From Lewinellaceae bacterium (GTDB lineage Bacteria; Bacteroidota; Bacteroidia; Chitinophagales; Saprospiraceae), in the NCBI GenBank assembly GCA_016708875.1, contig JADJFA010000018.1:28113-92112 (forward strand): a DNA stretch of 64,000 nt, read 5' to 3'. A model generated the notes under the pieces. That model worked only from the letters and a program-made list of their open reading frames with translations, had not been told where the DNA came from and did no database searches. Each line of letters starts with the position of its first letter. Within the stretch, counting starts at the first letter, position 1. This document shows positions 17,510 to 28,000 of this stretch, piece after piece. Position numbers and translations under genes: made by a program.

Positions 17510-18265
17510 ATGTACAAAAACAAAAAAGTTGTTGTCGTGCTCCCGGCATATAATGCCGCCCTCACGCTCGAAAAAACATACCGGGAAATCCCCTTTGAAT
17601 TGGTGGACGAGGTCATCCTATGCGACGACCACAGCAAAGACAATACGGCAGCACTCGCCCTTTCGCTGGGCATCCAGCACGTGATTGTGCACGAAAAAAA
17701 CACAGGCTACGGCGGCAACCAAAAATCGCTCTACAACAAGGCCCTCGAAATCGGTGCGGATATCGTGATCATGCTCCACCCCGACTATCAGTACACGCCA
17801 AAACTCATCCCGAGCATGGTCAATATCATCGGCGAAGAACTCTACCCGGTGGTACTCGGCTCCCGCATTCTCGGCATGGGCGCACGCAAAGGCGGGATGC
17901 CGATGTACAAATACATTGCCAATCGGTTCCTCACATTCGTGCAGAACACCTTGATTCACTACAAGTTATCGGAATACCACACCGGCTACCGGGCCTTCAG
18001 TCGCGAGGTGCTGTTGGGCATAAAATTCAACCAGAACTCCGACGATTTTGTGTTCGACAACGAGATGCTTTCCCAGATTGTCTATGCGGGTTTCGACATT
18101 GGCGAGGTCACTTGCCCCACCAAATACTTCGCAGAAGCCTCGAGTATTAACTTTAGCAGGAGCATGAAATATGGCCTTGGTGTGTTGCGCGTGTCGTTCT
18201 GTCACTGGCTTCAGCGAATGGGGATTTGGAAGTTTGGGATGTATCCGGAAATAGTTTCAAGTTAA
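17510..18265 (+). CDS. Family 2 glycosyltransferase (polyprenol-phosphate sugar synthase-like).
   Basis: 'VVVLPAYNAALTLEKT...VILCDDHSKDNT...GYGGNQK...IVIMLHPDYQY...' is the GT2 DxD/ED architecture. The start abuts the stop of the GT87-like gene (17509/17510). Confidence 0.85.
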   Translation: MYKNKKVVVVLPAYNAALTLEKTYREIPFELVDEVILCDDHSKDNTAALALSLGIQHVIVHEKNTGYGGNQKSLYNKALEIGADIVIMLHPDYQYTPKLIPSMVNIIGEELYPVVLGSRILGMGARKGGMPMYKYIANRFLTFVQNTLIHYKLSEYHTGYRAFSREVLLGIKFNQNSDDFVFDNEMLSQIVYAGFDIGEVTCPTKYFAEASSINFSRSMKYGLGVLRVSFCHWLQRMGIWKFGMYPEIVSS

Positions 18266-18311
18266 AAGTGGCAAGTTTCAAGTCGCCTTCGCGTCTAAAA
18301 CTTGCCACTTT
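18265..18311. terminator. Bidirectional hairpin between convergent genes, containing a CAAGTTT heptamer.
   Basis: 'aaagtggcaagttt caagtcgccttcgcgtct aaaacttgccacttt' has a 14-bp stem. It overlaps the stops of the GT2 gene (18265) and the DUF2721 gene (18278). Confidence 0.6.
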
Positions 18312-18721
18312 AACAAATATTCCCTACTTGTTCTCTCCTCCAAATCCTTCAACACCACCCGCAGAGCCCCGGCTGAAAGCCCAATTTCTACCAAGGTAAG
18401 CACCAGGGAGGCGATCATCAAAAGCAGGCTCATGGCAAACAAAATTTTGGCCCAAACCTGCCAACCTGCGTAGATAAAATACATGGTGATAACGCAAACC
18501 AGGATGCTCGTTACCCCACAAACTTGCATCCATCGGATGAGCATGAGGCGGCGACGAAGGCTGCTGATTTGTTTTAACAGATCATGGTTTTTTTTCTCCT
18601 CGTATTCGGATACGAGTTTGCGGATGAGGCTGGCAATCGCCAAAAACTTGTTGGTAAACGCGATCAACAACAGCGATACGGCAGGGAAAAGCAGGGCGGG
18701 CGTTTGTATGTTTAATTCCAT
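18278..18721 (-). CDS. DUF2721-like small membrane protein.
   Basis: 147 aa. 'TPALLFPAVSLLLIAFTNKFLAIASLIRKL' plus two further TM segments. Pattern recalled for DUF2721. Confidence 0.55.
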   Translation of the reverse strand: MELNIQTPALLFPAVSLLLIAFTNKFLAIASLIRKLVSEYEEKKNHDLLKQISSLRRRLMLIRWMQVCGVTSILVCVITMYFIYAGWQVWAKILFAMSLLLMIASLVLTLVEIGLSAGALRVVLKDLEERTSREYLLKWQVLDAKAT

Positions 18722-18859
18722 AGATAGTTGATTTGAGTATTTGGGGGAAGTTTCAGGTAATTTGTTTCAACTTGGCAATTTGTGCTTGCTATTAACAAGG
18801 TACGAAGAACGGCCAACGAATCCCAAGTCACTTGAAACTTCCGAAACTCCACCTTGAAC

Positions 18860-20287
18860 CTATTTCCAAGACATTCGACTGAGGGCTTCGCCAAGTTTGT
18901 CGGGCTGTATGCGTTTGGCAACAATGCGTTTGTCTTTGTCAAGCAGGTAAATGACGGGCAGATTGACTGCCGCGAATTGTTTTTCAAGGTTTTCCAGGCC
19001 TTTGGGGCTGGCCAGATCGAGCCATTGCCAGCCTTGCTGCACCACAAATTTTTTCCAATAAACATGTTGTTTGTCCGTGTTCAATGCAATGGCCTTCAAG
19101 CCCTTAGGCGTATAATCCAGGTACGTTTGGTAAATTTTAGGCATCATTTCTTTGCAATGCTCGCAAAGCGGGCTGTAGAAAACCAGCATTGTAACGGGTG
19201 CTTCCAAGCCGTAGAGTGCATGATTTTTTCCTGTTTCGTCCTGTAATTCAAAATTGACTGCAAGGCTGCCCGTGAGGTTTGGGCGATGGACCTCTGCTTT
19301 GTAGGCCAGGCGTTCGAGGGTAGCCAGATCAAGCCAGGGCGTGTCGTCTTTTTGTTGGTATTTATCCACCAGGTGAACGAATACCCGGTCGGCTCCGGGG
19401 GCTTCATTTTGCTCAAAAAATTGCGTGAGTCGCAGCACTGAAAAACGGTAAAACGCTCCATTTCGGGGCATTTTTACCAGGACTTCATCTATGGCACGGA
19501 TCAAAGAATCGGGCTGTGGAAACACATGCTGCGCAAAAAATCCATCAAAAAACGAGTGCCAGAAATTGTTGTACAAGAGTCGCTCGTCCTCAAAATCCGT
19601 ATGGTCGAAATAGTGCTCGCGCGGCCATCGCCTGAATGCAGGATTGGGCTTGCCTTTGAGCATTGGACTTAATTTTTGCGGCGGTTCAGGAGGCCGAACA
19701 GAAAGCAACATTTGTGCGTAAAGCGTTGAGGGGTACTTTTTTGTGAACGCAATCGCTAATGAATCACCCGACCTGTACAGAGCCATAAGGTCCTTTTGTA
19801 TGGGTTTCAGCGCTTCCTGATCGCCATTGGTGGCTCGGCCCACCATATCGAGCATTTGTTCGCTGGCCTTTATCTTTTCTTCCAGATTTTTTCTTTCCGC
19901 TTCGAAAGCAAAGTAGGCTGTATTTTCCTCGGAATTTTCGGCCACCCAAGCACCCGGTCCCGACATCGAGCCGCGCACCGTGAACGAATCCGCAGCACTT
20001 GCAAGCACGAAATCAAAGAGCCGCGAACCACCCGCTGTCAGGAAATACAGGCCTGGTTTCAGCCCTTCTTTTTGAAAAGAAAATCTGCCGGTATCCAGGC
20101 CAATTTTAACAGAATCAGCACGATAAGCTTTGCCCGCGTAGTAGTAGCCCAGCGTCACCATTGGAGCAGTCAGGCCTTCTATTTGAAAAGAAAGTGTAGC
20201 ACGGAAGGACGTTTGCGCCTGAGCCGTTTGGCTGATAACAAACACGAATAACACGAAGAGGCCGTTCTTCATAAGACAATGCTTCAC
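18860..20287 (-). CDS. Thioredoxin-fold (TlpA/AhpC-like) thiol:disulfide oxidoreductase with a large N-terminal domain.
   Basis: 475 aa. Signal peptide 'MKNGLFVLFVFVISQTAQA'. The C-terminal Trx fold has the CxxC motif 'MLVFYSPLCEHCKEMMPKI'. 4-bp overlap with the upstream SCO gene. Confidence 0.75.
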   Translation of the reverse strand: MKHCLMKNGLFVLFVFVISQTAQAQTSFRATLSFQIEGLTAPMVTLGYYYAGKAYRADSVKIGLDTGRFSFQKEGLKPGLYFLTAGGSRLFDFVLASAADSFTVRGSMSGPGAWVAENSEENTAYFAFEAERKNLEEKIKASEQMLDMVGRATNGDQEALKPIQKDLMALYRSGDSLAIAFTKKYPSTLYAQMLLSVRPPEPPQKLSPMLKGKPNPAFRRWPREHYFDHTDFEDERLLYNNFWHSFFDGFFAQHVFPQPDSLIRAIDEVLVKMPRNGAFYRFSVLRLTQFFEQNEAPGADRVFVHLVDKYQQKDDTPWLDLATLERLAYKAEVHRPNLTGSLAVNFELQDETGKNHALYGLEAPVTMLVFYSPLCEHCKEMMPKIYQTYLDYTPKGLKAIALNTDKQHVYWKKFVVQQGWQWLDLASPKGLENLEKQFAAVNLPVIYLLDKDKRIVAKRIQPDKLGEALSRMSWK

Positions 20288-20910
20288 TTATTTTCTTCCT
20301 TCAAAAGTGTTTCAATGTCCTTCATAAACTTGTCCACATCCTCCGCGTTGGTGCCGTCGCAGAAGGATCGGACGTGCCGGTTTTTGTCTACCAAAATCAA
20401 ACGACCGGAATGATCAAAACCGCCGGGGGCTGAAGGGTCTTCTTTCGCCACACTGAAATAATTGTCGGCGATGGCGTAGATGGCATCATGGTCGCCGGTT
20501 ACCATGCGCCATTTGTTGCCTTCGATGCCGAGTTTTTCGGCGTGGCGTTTCAAGGCTGCCACGGTATCGTTTCGGATGTCAATCGAGTGCGAGAGGATCA
20601 TCAAGCGGTCCTCGTTTTTAAACTTTTGATACACGCGCAGGCCGTTTGCTTTCACTTTTGGGCAAATGGTGGGGCAATGGATAAAAAAGAAATCTACCAC
20701 GTAAGCTTTGCCCGCGAAAGTGGCATTGTTCACGATCTGGCTGTCTTGGTCAATAAATTGAAAATCAGGGATTTGGGGGTAAATCGTGTCGCCCGCCGGG
20801 TTAATGTCCCGTTCGCCGAGGATGGGGAGTTTACGCGGTTTTTCGTCCAATAGACAGCCTGTTGCGAAGGCGAAAAATAAGAGGAAAAAGAGTGGGGAAA
20901 TACGTTGCAT
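20284..20910 (-). CDS. SCO1/SenC family copper chaperone.
   Basis: Start taken at the lipoprotein signal 'MQRISPLFFLLFFAFATGC'. 'AYVVDFFFIHCPTICPKV' is the CxxxC motif. 'HSIDIRNDTVAALKRHAEKLG' and 'FDHSGRLILVD' are also present. Confidence 0.85.
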   Translation of the reverse strand: MQRISPLFFLLFFAFATGCLLDEKPRKLPILGERDINPAGDTIYPQIPDFQFIDQDSQIVNNATFAGKAYVVDFFFIHCPTICPKVKANGLRVYQKFKNEDRLMILSHSIDIRNDTVAALKRHAEKLGIEGNKWRMVTGDHDAIYAIADNYFSVAKEDPSAPGGFDHSGRLILVDKNRHVRSFCDGTNAEDVDKFMKDIETLLKEENK

Positions 20911-20945
20911 GGAGATGGTGAAAATGTATGTGTTGTTTGGGTGTG

Positions 20946-20953
20946 CAAAGGTA
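20946..20953 (-). promoter_or_regulatory. Candidate Bacteroidota -7 box (TACCTTTG).
   Basis: Fits TAnnTTTG, 35 nt upstream of the SCO1 ATG. Confidence 0.35.
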
Positions 20954-21125
20954 GTGGACTGAGAAGTGAGTTGTGCGCGAAATTGAATTCCCTCCAGCTG
21001 CAAAGCCTGTGCAGAAATCTCATTCCGACGTACATTCGCCCATTCAACCGCCGAAGCATCTTGCCGCCGCCGCCTTAGTCCAAAGACTAAGGCGAGTAAA
21101 AGCGAAGGAGGTACAACCGCTGCAC

Positions 21126-23349
21126 ATGAAAAAACTACTTTTCTCCTTCCTCGCCCTTTGCATCGCCGCAAGCCTCTCCGCTCAGGGAATGTGGCTCCCT
21201 TCCTTGCTTGAAAAACAGAACGAAAAGGACATGAAATCGCTCGGCCTGAAACTTTCAGCCGACGATATCTACCATCCTGTGGATCCCAGTATCAAGGATG
21301 CTATTTGTCAATTCGACGGTGGCTGCACGGGTGAAATGATTTCTCCTGATGGGCTGCTGCTCACCAACCACCACTGTGGTTATGATGCCATCCAGCAACT
21401 TAGTACGCTTGAAAACAATCTCCTCGAAAACGGACATTGGGCCAAAGACCGCGCTTCCGAGCTTCCGGCTAAAGACGTCACCGCCGTGTTCGTCACCCGG
21501 ATGGAAGATGTGACCATTGTGGTTTTGCAAAACGTGACGGAAAACATGGGCGAGCGTGACCGTCAGTCGCAGATTGACAAAAACATCGCCAGCCTGAAAA
21601 CAACGACCAAAAAAGAAAAGTGGGAAGAAGTTTCGGTGCGCCCGTTTTACAATGGCAACCAATACTATTTGTTTGTAACGCAGACGTTCAGTGATGTGCG
21701 TTTTGTAGGAGCTCCGCCCAGCAGCATTGGAAAATTCGGCGCAGATACCGACAACTGGGTATGGCCACGGCACACGGGCGATTTCTCGATGTTCCGGGTA
21801 TATGCCGACAAAGACAACCATCCTGCGGCATACTCAAAAGACAATGTACCGTACCGTCCGCGGCATTTCCTGCCCATCTCGCTTGATGGGGCAGAAGAGG
21901 GTGATTTCACGATGGTGTACGGCTTTCCTGGCGCGACCAACGAGTACCTGACCGAAGCGGCGGTCCGACAAACAGGCGAGGTGCTCGACCCGGCAAGGGG
22001 TGGCCATTCGTGACCGCGCTCTCAAGATTATGGACGGTTTTATGCGCAAAGACCCGGCGGTGAAAATTGCCTACTCCTCCCGTTACGCCGGCATTGCCAA
22101 CGCCTGGAAAAAATGGCTGGGCGAAATGCAGGGTTTGAAAACCTACGGAGCCCTTGAAAAAAAACGAGCATACGAAGCCGAATTCACCCGCAGAATACAG
22201 CAAAATCCGGATTGGAACATCCGCTGGAAAAACCTGTTGCCCCGTCTCAATCAACTTTACACAGAGATTGAGCCCTATGCTCTGGCACGCGATTATTACT
22301 TGGAAACAATGGTGCGCAACAATCAGATTTTGGCGCAGGCTGCCAATTTGCAACCGCTGGTAGAAGCCAACGAAGGGACGATTGAAAACCGGAGAAAAAA
22401 CATTGCCGAAAATCTTGAATATTTCTACAAAGACTATCGACCTGAAGTGGACGAGGCTGTGCTGGCTGCAATGCTTGAGATGTACGGCGAAAATATGAAA
22501 CCCGAATGGGGAGGCGCCGATGTGAAGGCAATGGCAAAGGATTTGGGAGGTTATGCCGACTTTGCTAAAGCGATTTTTGAAGGCAGTGTCCTTGCTAATC
22601 GCGAAAAAATGATGGCGGTGCTGGCCCGAAAGCCCGACGAAATTTTCAACGACCTGACGAATGACATAGCCTACAATCTTTGGGAAAGCCTTCAAGGCTA
22701 TTATGTCGGAAAGGTTCAGCCTAAGCTTCAGGAATTGCAGCCCCAAATCAACCTGCTTCAACGCCAATATATGGCCGCCCAAATACAGGTATTCAAAGAA
22801 AAGCGCTTTTTCCCGGACGCAAACAGCACCCTTCGCCTCACTTATGGCAAAGTGCGTGGCTACTCCCCCCGAGATGCCGTGCAGTACGAATACCAAACCG
22901 ATCTTGATGGCGTGATGGAAAAATACATCCCCGGAGATTATGAGTTCGATGTACCGCAAAAACTCATCGAACTCTGGAAGTCAAAGGATTACGGCCAGTA
23001 TGCCACTGCTGATGGGCGTTTGCCTGTGGCGAGTATCGGTACCAACCATACTACGGGCGGGAACTCTGGTTCGCCGGCAATTGATGCAAACGGGAACCTG
23101 GTCGGACTTAATTTTGACCGCGTATGGGAAGGCACCATGAGCGACCTGAACTACGACCCCGCCATTTGCCGCAACATCATGGTGGATGCCCGGTATATTC
23201 TTTTCATCGTGGACAAGTTTGGCGGCGCAGGGTATTTGCTGGATGAAATGAAGCTGGTAAAAAGGGAAGAAGAAGCGGAAAAAGTGATTGCGCAGCAACA
23301 CCAATCACCAATTCACCAATTCACCAATTCACCAGTCACTAACCCGTGA
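21126..23349 (+). CDS. S46 family dipeptidyl-peptidase (DPP7/DPP11-like), with the frame broken once.
   Basis: Signal 'MKKLLFSFLALCIAASLSAQGMW'. 'GGCTGEMISPDGLLLTNHHCG' carries the catalytic His and 'TTGGNSGSPAIDANGNLVGLNFD' the catalytic Ser. ORFs 20973..22013 and 22000..23349 join as 'VLDPAR|VAIRDRALKIMD' if the G4 run at 21997-22000 is read as G3. Confidence 0.85.
23299..23339 (+). repeat. Tandem octamer (c)ACCAAT(t/c)C x4, plus a degenerate fifth copy.
   Basis: 'caccaatc accaattc accaattc accaattc accagtc'. It encodes the peptidase tail 'HQSPIHQFTNSPVT'. No inverted partner is visible. Confidence 0.9.
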
Positions 23350-24131
23350 ACCGTCCAACCCTCCCAATCTTTCAAGACATCTCGTTCAACGAGCACTACA
23401 TCGAGGAATACATCCCGATGCAGCCCTTGCATACGATGGTGTTTGACCGATTTTGTGAGGATGGTTGGACGTATTGGTCGGACCAGATTTTCCGGCGCAA
23501 TTACTGGGAATGGCGCGGACGACCTTGTCGGGTGGTTTTGCTGCGCATTGACTTGCGCAACTTTGAGTTTAGCAAAAGCCAGCGTAAATGTCTGCGACGC
23601 AATGAAGACCTGGTAATACTGCGTCGCCCTATTCGTATTGAGCCGATGCATGAGATGTTGTTTGAGCGGCACGCAAAAAGGTTCAGGCACAATCGCCCGG
23701 AAAGCATTTATGGGTTTTTTAGTGCTTTTAGCAGCCTGATGCCCTGCTATGGCATTCAGTTCGATGTGTTTAGTGGGGAAAAACTGGTCGCCACGAGCTA
23801 TTTCCACATGGGGCGTAAAAGCATGGCTGCGAACTACTGCATCCATGAGCCAGATGAGTGGAAACGCGGCCTCGGCACCTTTACGATGTTGAAGGAAATC
23901 GAGTTTGCGATAGAGCACAAACGCCCGTATTACTATCCCGGTTTTGTATACGACGTGCCGAGTGAGTTCGATTACAAATTGAATTTCAACAACCTGGAGT
24001 ATTTCGATTGGTGGGGCAATTGGTATCCACTGGATCGGATGCCTGTGCGCAACTGGCGCAGCGAATATGAAGTGGCGCCGCCGCTATCAGAAGATGAGTT
24101 AAAGGATTATAGAAAAGATTTGCCACTTTGA
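23346..24131 (+). CDS. Arginyl/leucyl-tRNA--protein transferase-like (ATE/Bpt family) protein.
   Basis: 'DGWTYWSDQIFRRNYW...CRVVLLRIDLRNFEFSKSQRKCLRRN' and 'YYYPGFVYDVPSEFDYKLNFNNLEYFD' resemble the ATE_N/ATE_C signatures. The start is uncertain: GTG at 23346 or ATG at 23418. Confidence 0.55.
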   Translation: MNRPTLPIFQDISFNEHYIEEYIPMQPLHTMVFDRFCEDGWTYWSDQIFRRNYWEWRGRPCRVVLLRIDLRNFEFSKSQRKCLRRNEDLVILRRPIRIEPMHEMLFERHAKRFRHNRPESIYGFFSAFSSLMPCYGIQFDVFSGEKLVATSYFHMGRKSMAANYCIHEPDEWKRGLGTFTMLKEIEFAIEHKRPYYYPGFVYDVPSEFDYKLNFNNLEYFDWWGNWYPLDRMPVRNWRSEYEVAPPLSEDELKDYRKDLPL

Positions 24132-24208
24132 AATGTATGAGTGAAAATCAGCGGGTAAAGCCAACCGATGGTTTCAAATTGCGGTCTTAGAAAAAAATAC
24201 ATTTCAAC

Positions 24209-24919
24209 ATGAAACTACTACACCATCTATTCGCCGCGACTGCGTTATGTGCCCTCCTATTTTCTGCTTGCAGACATGATCCCCACGTTTATCCTGAGCC
24301 AGATCCCATTCCAAATCCCAACCCAATACGTTTTGATAATTTAACTGTGGGCCAAAGTAGCCGTTACATTGGGCTTTGGGGGGAGGACTATTACACGAAC
24401 AACAACAACAATTTTGGATACACCGACGATACCCTTCAACTGAAAATTGTGGGTCTTGGCGTACAGGGCTTCAAAGTGGAAGAAACCTTCCATTTTACTG
24501 GCAATGTACTTTCCTGGCTGAATTTCGACAAAGACAGTGTGTATCACTATTATTTGACAGTCTCGGATGATACGCTGCGTATAAAACCGAGCCACGATAA
24601 TTATGTGAATTCGCGCATGTTTGGATATTATACAGTTAAAAACGGCCTCGCCTTGGCGGACATCGTGGCGCCCAAAATTGAGATATCAGGTTAGAAAACA
24701 AACTTGCCTTACTGCGAATGTCGCAGAAATGGTTTTGTCGAGGATTATACGCTCTTTGGACAAACTTACCCAAGGCTGAATGTGGTAGTGGAAAATTCAC
24801 CAATGTCCTTTGATGGCAACGGCGAAACCAATGTGTTTTCCAAATCAGCTGGCATTGTCCGTGTTTCAACATACAGTTGGTGGACGCAAGGCGGCATTGG
24901 TTGGGATTTGATTCCATAG
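24209..24919 (+). pseudogene. Hypothetical lipoprotein interrupted by one in-frame TAG.
   Basis: Lipobox 'LCALLFSAC'. ORFs 24209..24694 and 24704..24919 are in the same frame and are separated only by the TAG at 24692-24694 ('KIEISG*KTNLPYCECRR'). Confidence 0.5.
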
Positions 24920-25042
24920 GTGGTTTTGTCGCCCAGGGTTCATATTTGCAAAATATTTCTCTATAAATATGAATTACTGCGGAGGAATTGTACTTTTCGC
25001 CCCAATTTTACAATTCACCACAACTTTTCTTGCTATCCGCCT

Positions 25043-28000
25043 ATGAAAAAGCAACTTTTACTCCTCGTGTTCCTCATGATGGGTTGGCATTCAGCGTATG
25101 CACAAATCCCTGATGGGAGCATCGCGCCAGATTTTAATGCCACAGATATCCGTGGCTTTTCCACAAACCTTTACACCGTTCTGGATTCAGGTTACACTGT
25201 TTTCTTGGACGTTTCGGCCACCTGGTGCGGCCCTTGCTGGGGCTATCACAATTCTGGCGCGTTTGAAGGCCTCTGGGACCAATATGGCCCTGAAGGTACC
25301 AACGAGGTCCGAATCTATTTTATTGAAGGGGATGCTTCCACCAACGAGGCTTGCCTCCATGGCCCTTCCGGCTGTGTCGGTGGCACCCAAGGTGACTGGA
25401 CTGCAGGAACCCTTTATCCTATTATCCACACGCAAGGGCCTAGTATAGCCAGTAGTTACCAAATCAATTATTACCCCACCATTTTTGGTATTTGCCCACT
25501 CGATAAGAAAGTATATGAGGTGGGGCAGCTGCCTACATCAGGGCTTTATGACTTCATTGGTACTCATTGTTTGCCTCCTCCTTTGGTCATTACCACCAAT
25601 AGTGTTACCAAGATCAAATGCCATGGAACCAACACAGGGGCGATTGATATTACTCCCAGCGGAGGCGTTCCTCCATATACCTATCTTTGGAGCAATGGCG
25701 CTACTACGCAGGATTTGAACAATATCCCGGCAGGAACTTATACCGTTATAGTGCGAGGTCAGGCCGACACCGAAGGCATTTCTGATCCTATAGAAGTAGA
25801 AGGCCCTGCTGCACCGCTCGTGCTGACTTTGGAGAATTCTACTCCGGTAGGCTGCAACGGCCTTCTTGGCACCGCTACAGTGAGTGCTGCTGGTGGCTGG
25901 GATGCCAACTATACCTATAATTGGCAAAATGGCCAATTGGGAGAAACCGCCTACAACCTCACAGTCGGCAACCATATTGTCAGCGTGACCGACGACAATA
26001 ATTGCAAAGTGAGCATTACGGTAAACATGGCGCCCGTCGTGTATCCTACTGCTTCGATCGCCGATCCAAACACCATCACTTGCAGCCAACCCAGTATCCA
26101 ACTCAACGGTACTGCTTCGAGTTCAGGGCCAGATATTGTGTATCAATGGTTCCCCGGCGTCGGCGGGAATATTGTGTCAGGTGGAACTACCACCACACCA
26201 ACCGTAGATGCTCCGGCCAACTACACCATTCAGGTAACAGACTTAGTGACTACTTGCATATCTTATGCGGTCAAAAATGTTCCTGCAAACCTGGTTCAAC
26301 CTGATGCCAATGCAGGGCCGACACAAACCATCTCCTGCCTTGTGCCTGAGGCTACCTTGCAAGGAACAGGCTCGAGCGGTTCCAATTTTAGTTACCTCTG
26401 GACGGTTGCCGATGGAGGCAATATTGTGAGTGGCGGAACTACACTCACCCCTGTGGTGAATGCTGCCGGAACCTATACGTTGAAAGTAACCAACAGCATC
26501 AATGGCTGCACGCGAATTTCGACCACCACAGTGAATGGTATTCCAGCACCTATGCTCAATACCACCAGTGGTACCCTCAATTGTATCGCATCGTCTGTTG
26601 CACTGATCACTACGACCAATGCTGCCAGCCCAACTTTCAAGCTGGACGGGGCCCAATGGTTATACCTCCTCCCTGCAAAGCCCTACGGTGAACGTTTCTG
26701 GATCTTATAACGTCGTGGTTACAGACAGCATCACTACCTGTACCAGCACGGCAACCGCCAACGTAACTTCCAACACCAATGCCCCTGGTGCATCGGCCAC
26801 AGGCAACACACTCACTTGCGTGGTCAATAGCGTGGTGATCACAGGCGCCACCTTGGATACTGCCGCTACATTTGCCTGGACGGGTCCTAATAATTACAAT
26901 TCAAGTTTGCAAAACCCGACCGTGGGCGAGGCAGGTACATACACGCTTGTTGTCACAGATACTTTGAATGGCTGTACTTCCTCTGCTTCAGCCGCAGTTT
27001 TGCTGAACAATACGCCGCCTGTGGCTTCTGTAGTTACGCCCGGCAATCTGAACTGCAACGTATCGCAACTTCAACTCAACGGAACGGGTTCTTCGCAAGG
27101 TTCAAACATCAGTTACGCATGGACTGCCACCGATGGGGGACATATTGTTTCTGGAGAAAATACTCAAACCCCGCTCGTGGATGCGGCTGGTACTTATACC
27201 ATTTTGGTTTCAAATGCTACCAATGGGTGTACCCAAACGGCAACGGCCATTGTGCTGCAAAGCCTCAATGTTACAGCCGCTATTGTTGACCAAAACGATG
27301 TGCTTTGCTTTGGCGGCTCCAACGGAGAAGCCACCGCAGCAGGCGGAGGCGGGAACGGAAATTACACTTATGTCTGGAGCAATGGTGGCAGCACCGCTTC
27401 CATTTCAGGCCTTGGAGTGGGAACTTATGTAGTGGTGGTGACTGATGCGGAAAACTGCTCAGCCACGACTTCTGTACTCGTTTCACAACCCAGCGTTTTG
27501 ACAGCCAACGCCAGCGCTACCGCTCAATCGGGCTTTGGCCAAAATGATGGAACGGCCACTGCCAATCCAACAGGCGGCACCGCCAACTATACTTATGCCT
27601 GGGACAATGGCGGCACAACACAGAGCATTTCGGGCCTGGCTCCCGGGAATTACAACGTGGTCGTCACAGATGCCAATGGTTGCAGTGCGGTGCAAACAGT
27701 TACAGTCAATTCGTTCAACTGCACCCTGGCTGCCAATATTTCAGGAACGAACGTAGTCTGCTTCGGCGCCAATAATGGTACGGCAGAAGTGTTTGTCACA
27801 ACAGGGGCAAATCCTGCCACTTATGCCTGGAGCAATGGAGAAACTACCGCCGCAGTGAGCAATCTTGCTGCCGGACTTTACACCGTCAATATCACCGACG
27901 CCAACAATTGCCCGGCATTGCTTAACATCAGCATCAGCGAGCCAGCCCTTTTGGACGCCAACGCAACTTCCACCTCGGAGTCTGCTCTAGGCGCCAACGA

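Noticed and set aside
20911-21171. N-terminal extension of the SCO1 ORF, and the overlapping + ORF start at 20973 for the peptidase.
   Set aside because: Both proteins have proper signal peptides at internal ATGs (20910 and 21126). The extensions are R-rich, overlap each other, and include the divergent promoter region.
21907-22959. 350-aa minus-strand ORF.
   Set aside because: It is antisense to the S46 peptidase, whose catalytic motifs are clear. It has no domain signal.
23313-23918. 201-aa minus-strand ORF.
   Set aside because: It is antisense to the ATE-like gene and has no recognisable features.
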